From Minisyncoccota bacterium (GTDB taxonomy: Bacteria > Patescibacteriota > Minisyncoccia > Phycocordibacterales > UBA6065): a stretch of DNA of 64,000 bases. Shown one piece after another: positions 57,978 to 64,000 of the stretch (the stretch's first letter is position 1; each line of letters starts with the position of its first letter). Position numbers and translations under genes: made by a program. The stretch covers positions 101,083 to 165,082 of the forward strand of contig DASWWW010000003.1 in the NCBI GenBank assembly GCA_036400935.1, in the 5' to 3' direction. Under the pieces are notes generated by a model that saw only the letters and a program-made list of their open reading frames with translations, did no database searches and was not told the origin of the DNA.

Positions 57978-58008
57978 AAAAGCTCCGCCTTTAGGGCGGA
58001 GCTTTTCA
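57978..58008. terminator. Rho-independent terminator hairpin. Serves the + strand membrane-protein gene and abuts the 3' end of the minus-strand RNase P RNA.
   Basis: AAAAGCTCCGCC-tttag-GGCGGAGCTTTT. Confidence 0.55.
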
Positions 58009-58350
58009 TTTGCTTGTACCGATAAGCCGAATTCTGTTGCCTTGCGGCATGGCGGTCATTTATCTGGGATCGCCGTCGCCGGCGACCTCGAGCGGCACTT
58101 CATCCGGGTTTGACCCGGGATGACACGGCCTTGCACATACGTAAGGATTTTGCCGTTGCACCTTCATGTCTCCATGAAGCTTATCCCGAAGGATACCGAG
58201 CCCTTTCGGGCTCCGGCGTCTCTGTTCGCACCTCTGGAATTGCTTCCGACGGGCGTTACCCGCTACGATCCTCCGCATTGCTGCGGATGTGTTCGGACTT
58301 TCCTCCCCAAGGCCGAAGCCGTGGAGCGACTGCCTGGTACAGGCAACCTA
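58008..58350 (-). ncRNA. rnpB: RNase P RNA (bacterial type A); ends approximate
   Basis: Minus-strand transcript contains GGGGAGGAAAGUCC (P4 5' strand, + coords about 58295-58308), GGGUAACGCC (P10/P11 region), GUGCAACGGCAAAA, and ACAGAAUUCGGCUUAU (P4 3' strand, + coords about 58021-58036). P1 pairs UUGCCUGUACC with GGUACAAGCAA. Confidence 0.85.
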
Positions 58351-58440
58351 TTTCTACGCTATTTTGGGGATAAAATCCAGTCGGGGAGCGCGATCGTTTT
58401 CTGATATACTGTCTCCATTACTTATTAAGCGAGCACCACG

Positions 58441-60771
58441 ATGTCATCACACACTAGCGGCCTGGACAGGGCGGCCTTTATCATCCTTCAGGCAATGCTT
58501 TTCCTTGCGCCGATATTCTTTATCCCGTCGCTCGCGGTGCCTCTGCAGGCGGGCAAGGCCGCATTCATCCTCTATGGTGTTATCGCGGCGTTCATCATAT
58601 GGGCCGTAGCTCGATTGAAAGATGGCGTGTTCGAGGCTCCTCGATCACTCTTCTACGCATCGGCCGGCGTTCTCGCTATCGCTTACACCGCTTCGGCGAT
58701 CTTTTCCGCTAACCAGGGCGTCTCCTTGGCGGGCAGCGGATTCGAGCTGGGTACCCTCTCGTTCTTCCTGCCTTCGCTCGTGCTCTTTGCCCTCGTGCCG
58801 CTCGTGACGAGGTCAAAGGAGCAGGTCTTCTATTCCTACGCGACGCTCCTTGGCTCGTTCTTCCTGGTCGCGCTGTTCCACCTTGTCCGATTCGTATTCG
58901 GCGCGGATGCTCTCTCGTTCGGCGTTTTCACTTCGGCGACGTCGAACATGATCGGCAAGTGGAACGATCTCGGCATCTTCTTCGGCCTTACGACGCTGCT
59001 CTCGCTCATTACTCTCGAGAGGGCCACGCTTACCAGGCTTTTCCGGTCGCTCGTATACGTCTGCTTTGTGCTCTCGCTCGCCATGCTCGTCGTGGTCAAC
59101 TTCTCGCCGGTCTGGATCTCGCTCGCGGCGCTCTCGCTCATCTTCTTCGTCTACAAGCTATCTTTCGACAAGGAAGAAGGGCAGCTCGGCGCGCGCATCC
59201 CGTATCACGCCCTGGCGGTGCTCATCCTTTCTGTGCTCTTTATCTTTGCCGGGTCAAAGATCAGCGGCCTCATTTCGGATCAGCTCGGCACGTCGCAGGT
59301 CGAGGTTCGCCCGTCATGGTCGGCGACTATGGATGTCGCCCAGTCGTCGCTCTCTTCGAATCCCGTATTCGGCGTCGGCACGAACCGCTTCGTCTCGGAG
59401 TGGCTCATGCACAAGCCTGAAGGCATAAACTCCTCGCTCTTCTGGAACGTCGACTTCAATTACGGCATCGGATTCATCCCGAGCTTTATAGTGACTACAG
59501 GCCTCGTCGGAACTATCGCTATCGTGCTTTTCTTGGGCCTCTTCATCGCATTGGCCCTAAAGGCCCTCCTCCGACCGAGCGCGTCTCACTTTACTCGCTA
59601 TCTCGTTCTCTCCTCGCTGTTCGCGAGCGCATATCTCTGGATTTTCTCGGTGATCTACGTGCCTTCGGCGGCTGTCTGGGTACTCACGCTCTTCCTTTCC
59701 GGCCTCTTCATCGCGGCTGCGCGCGAGGATAAGATCGTGGGCGTAAAGAGCCTCTCGGTGCTTCACAAGCCTGCGGCTAGCTTCGTATCGGTATTGCTTA
59801 CCATTCTTGCCCTCATCGGCGCGGTGTCGTTCGCGTACTTCGTGACCGTAAAGGTCCTTGCCGGCGTCTATTTCCAGAAGAGCGTCATCGCGGTCAACGC
59901 GTCGGGCGACCTCGCGAAGGGCGAGAAGGGAATCATGCAGGCGATTACCCTCGCTCCTAACGATGCGTACTACCAGTCGCTCTCCGAGCTCTACCTCGTA
60001 AAGATCAACAATCTCTTCCAGGATACGAAGATCGCGCAGTCGGAGGCGCAGACCCAGTTTCAGCAGCTCCTTGGCGTAGCCATCCAGTCTGCTCAGGCGG
60101 CTGTGGCGTACGATCCGACCAACTACCAGAACCATCTCGCTCTCGGCAGGATATTCGAGGCAATCGTTCCTCTCGAGATCGAGGGGGCATACGACAGCGC
60201 AAAGAAGGCGTACGAGGCCGCTCTTGCCGTTAACCCTACAAGCCCTGAGATCTACCTCGTCCTCGCCCGATTGGAGGTTGCCAAGAAGGACAACAAGGCA
60301 GCCAAGGACTACATCGCGAAGGCGCTCGAGAAGAAGAATGACTACGCAGACGCGATCTTCCTCCTTTCTCAGATCCAGATCTCTGAGAACGACGTCGCGA
60401 ACGCTATCAACTCCGTCTCGGCCGTAGCAACCCTCTATCCGAACGATTCGGGCATCTTCTTCCAGCTCGGCATCCTCTATTACAACCAGAAGAACTACCG
60501 CAACGCCGTCGTCGCTCTCGAAAGGGCGGTCACCCTCAATCCTCAGTACGCGAATGCAAAGTACTTCCTCGGCCTGAGCTACTACGAGAACAAGGATTCG
60601 GCCCGCGCCCTCCAGCAGTTCAAGGAGCTCGAGCAGACAAATCCCGAGAACGAGGATATCAAGGCCATCATCGCAAACCTCGAGGCGGGCAAGGCGCCGA
60701 TTCCGGCATCGACCAATCCCGTAAAGACGGACTTGCCGATCAAGGAGGCATCGACGAAGGAGACGATATAA
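58441..60771 (+). CDS. Wzy_C/O-antigen-ligase-like membrane protein with C-terminal TPR repeats (paralog of 14369..16732)
   Basis: Same architecture as the first copy. TPR region (NHLALGRIFEA...; ALERAVTLNPQYANAKYFLGLSYYENKDSARALQQFKEL). Confidence 0.7.
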   Translation: MSSHTSGLDRAAFIILQAMLFLAPIFFIPSLAVPLQAGKAAFILYGVIAAFIIWAVARLKDGVFEAPRSLFYASAGVLAIAYTASAIFSANQGVSLAGSGFELGTLSFFLPSLVLFALVPLVTRSKEQVFYSYATLLGSFFLVALFHLVRFVFGADALSFGVFTSATSNMIGKWNDLGIFFGLTTLLSLITLERATLTRLFRSLVYVCFVLSLAMLVVVNFSPVWISLAALSLIFFVYKLSFDKEEGQLGARIPYHALAVLILSVLFIFAGSKISGLISDQLGTSQVEVRPSWSATMDVAQSSLSSNPVFGVGTNRFVSEWLMHKPEGINSSLFWNVDFNYGIGFIPSFIVTTGLVGTIAIVLFLGLFIALALKALLRPSASHFTRYLVLSSLFASAYLWIFSVIYVPSAAVWVLTLFLSGLFIAAAREDKIVGVKSLSVLHKPAASFVSVLLTILALIGAVSFAYFVTVKVLAGVYFQKSVIAVNASGDLAKGEKGIMQAITLAPNDAYYQSLSELYLVKINNLFQDTKIAQSEAQTQFQQLLGVAIQSAQAAVAYDPTNYQNHLALGRIFEAIVPLEIEGAYDSAKKAYEAALAVNPTSPEIYLVLARLEVAKKDNKAAKDYIAKALEKKNDYADAIFLLSQIQISENDVANAINSVSAVATLYPNDSGIFFQLGILYYNQKNYRNAVVALERAVTLNPQYANAKYFLGLSYYENKDSARALQQFKELEQTNPENEDIKAIIANLEAGKAPIPASTNPVKTDLPIKEASTKETI

Positions 60772-60787
60772 CCGGCAGGGCTAGGGC

Positions 60788-62467
60788 ATGGTCAAAAAAA
60801 TACTATCATTCGTAGGCAAAGAGATAAGCGGGCTCCATGAAGCCGCTTATCTTTTGGCTTTATCGTCGATAGCGTCGCTCATATTCGCCCTTGTCCGCGA
60901 CAGGCTTCTCGCGCACATGCTTGGAGCTGGCCCGGAGCTCGACGTCTATTATGCGGCGTTCCGCGTGCCGGATTTCATCTTTATCGCTGTGGCGTCGCTC
61001 GTGTCGACGTCGATCCTCGTGCCGTTCCTTATCGAGTCGAGGCAGAAAGGGGAGTCTGAGCTCAAGGAGTCTATCCAGGGCCTTTTCTCGGCGTTCTCGC
61101 TGCTTATACTCGTCGTCTGCGCTGTCGCGTTCGCATTCATGGAACCTATCCAGAGGATGCTGTTCCCAAGGCTCTTTGAGGCGGGGCTAGGAGGCGAGCT
61201 TGTCCACGTCTCTCGCATACTGCTCCTGTCTCCGGCCCTGCTCGGCCTCTCGAACTTCTTCGCATCGATCACGCAGATTCAGAACAGGTTCATGGTCTAC
61301 GCGCTCTCTTCGCCGCTCTATAACGTAGGCATCATCCTTGGCATCGTCTTCCTCTTGCCGTCGATGGGCATTACGGGCATTGCCATGGGCGTTGTATTCG
61401 GCGCTTTGATGCTCTCGCTCACGCAGATCCCTCTCGTCATCCGCGACGGCCTGTTCCCGCGATTCACGTGGCGCTGCAATTGGTCTCACGTAAAGAAGGT
61501 TGCCCGGCTGTCCGTGCCCCGCACCGTGACGATGTCGTCGCAGCAGCTGACGAATCTCGCGCTCATATCGTTCGCATCATTTCTGGGCGCGGGATCGATC
61601 TCGATCTTCAATCTCTCGCAGAACCTGCAGTCGGTGCCTCTCTCTATTATCGGCGTAAGCTATTCGTCCGCCATTTTCCCGATGCTTGCGCGATTGATGG
61701 GCGAGGGCAGGAGGGACGTATTCGTAGGCAAGATGATCTCGGCCGCGCAACATGTAATATTCTGGTCAGTACCGCTGTCCGTGCTCTTTATCGTCTTGCG
61801 CGCGCAGATCGTTCGTACCGTGCTCGGCTCCGGAGAGTTCACCTGGTCTGATACGAGGATCACCGCGGCGGCACTTGCTCTCTTCGTGGTTTCTACCGTG
61901 GGCCAGAGCCTTATCTTGCTCTTTGTCCGCTCGTTCTATGCCGAGGGAAAGACGGCGAAGCCCCTCCTCATGAACGTCTCGTCGATGATCGTGACCGTGG
62001 CGCTCGGCTTCGGCCTCACAAAGCTCTTCCACGCCGTGCCGGCATTCCGATATTTCGTCGAGTCGATCCTGCGCGTTGAGGGATCGGCCGATACCACGGT
62101 CCTCATGCTGCCTTTGGCGTTCTCTTTGGGCATATTTCTCAATCTGTTCCTTCACTGGAGGGCTTTTGCTCGGGAATTCCCTGGATTCACGTATCCTGTG
62201 CTCAAGACGACATTCCATTCGCTCAGCGCTTCGATAATCGGAGGCTTTGCCGCATACAAATCGCTTCGCGTATTCGACGATGTGTTCGATCTTGCGACCG
62301 TTCATGGAATCTTCCTGCAGGGTCTGTGCGCAGGTATCGTGGGCATAATCGCCATAGTCATCGTACTCGCTATCGTGCGCAGCAAGGAGCTCAAGGACGT
62401 CTGGGGCGCATTGCATCAGAAAGTGTGGAAGGTGGATAGGGCATCTCTCGACAAGCTTCCTTTGTAG
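60788..62467 (+). CDS. murJ: Lipid II flippase MurJ (MviN)
   Basis: MOP-superfamily protein with 14 TM helices. N-terminal ...DRLLAHMLGAGPELDVYYAAFRVPDFIF... Confidence 0.85.
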   Translation: MVKKILSFVGKEISGLHEAAYLLALSSIASLIFALVRDRLLAHMLGAGPELDVYYAAFRVPDFIFIAVASLVSTSILVPFLIESRQKGESELKESIQGLFSAFSLLILVVCAVAFAFMEPIQRMLFPRLFEAGLGGELVHVSRILLLSPALLGLSNFFASITQIQNRFMVYALSSPLYNVGIILGIVFLLPSMGITGIAMGVVFGALMLSLTQIPLVIRDGLFPRFTWRCNWSHVKKVARLSVPRTVTMSSQQLTNLALISFASFLGAGSISIFNLSQNLQSVPLSIIGVSYSSAIFPMLARLMGEGRRDVFVGKMISAAQHVIFWSVPLSVLFIVLRAQIVRTVLGSGEFTWSDTRITAAALALFVVSTVGQSLILLFVRSFYAEGKTAKPLLMNVSSMIVTVALGFGLTKLFHAVPAFRYFVESILRVEGSADTTVLMLPLAFSLGIFLNLFLHWRAFAREFPGFTYPVLKTTFHSLSASIIGGFAAYKSLRVFDDVFDLATVHGIFLQGLCAGIVGIIAIVIVLAIVRSKELKDVWGALHQKVWKVDRASLDKLPL

Positions 62468-62535
62468 TGGGCAAGAGGCCAAAATAGGGCCAAAACTGGC
62501 GTTTTTACGGCAAATGTGGTATTTTGAGCTGACCT

Positions 62536-64000
<1,465 letters not shown>

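Noticed and set aside
58060-58404. Three short ORFs inside the RNase P RNA locus
   Set aside because: The region is explained by rnpB.

Overview
This is a densely coding ~64 kb chromosomal segment (GC about 57%, almost no Shine-Dalgarno sequences, frequent TTG/GTG starts and 1-4 nt gene overlaps). Four blocks can be read from the sequence.

(1) 1-16.7 kb is a cell-surface glycan biosynthesis cluster. It holds seven GT1/GT2 glycosyltransferases, three SAM methyltransferases (two FkbM-type), an AsnB-type amidotransferase, a translationally coupled MBOAT O-acyltransferase plus DltD/SGNH-like partner, a Wzx-type flippase and a Wzy_C/O-antigen-ligase-like protein with C-terminal TPR repeats.

(2) Housekeeping genes are scattered through the rest of the window: murB, secA, a DedA-family protein, gpmI, eno, obg, gatB, a DUF192 protein, class I ribonucleotide reductase nrdA-nrdB, a type-A RNase P RNA (minus strand, about 58.0-58.35 kb), a second Wzy_C-TPR paralog, murJ and the 5' part of lepA.

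(3) The most unusual locus is at 37.0-57.0 kb. It is a modular array of ten paralogous membrane-anchored LivK-type (Peripla_BP_6) substrate-binding proteins interleaved with six divergently transcribed TrmB-family regulators. Only one set of ABC translocon genes (LivH-, LivM-, LivG- and LivF-like) is present, and these are dispersed among the modules. Four of the six TrmB/SBP divergent intergenic regions carry a shared palindrome TGTCA-N7(-11)-TGACA, a candidate operator.

(4) Several compact units of unknown function sit between housekeeping genes:
- a two-gene unit (21.8-23.4 kb) with a consensus TTGACT-17-TATAAT promoter and its own terminators;
- a 104-nt element with 18-bp inverted arms after the dedA-like gene;
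- a promoter / AAGGAG / 70-codon ORF / terminator unit between eno and gpmI, which may be an sRNA or small protein;
- a holin-like 4-TM protein, a small protein and a WHxH/Cys-rich protein between eno and obg;
- a small coiled-coil protein encoded by 21-bp tandem repeats.

No CRISPR array, rRNA or tRNA was recognised. Hand-located motif coordinates are approximate (plus or minus 2 nt); CDS coordinates follow the supplied ORF track, with starts adjusted where noted.
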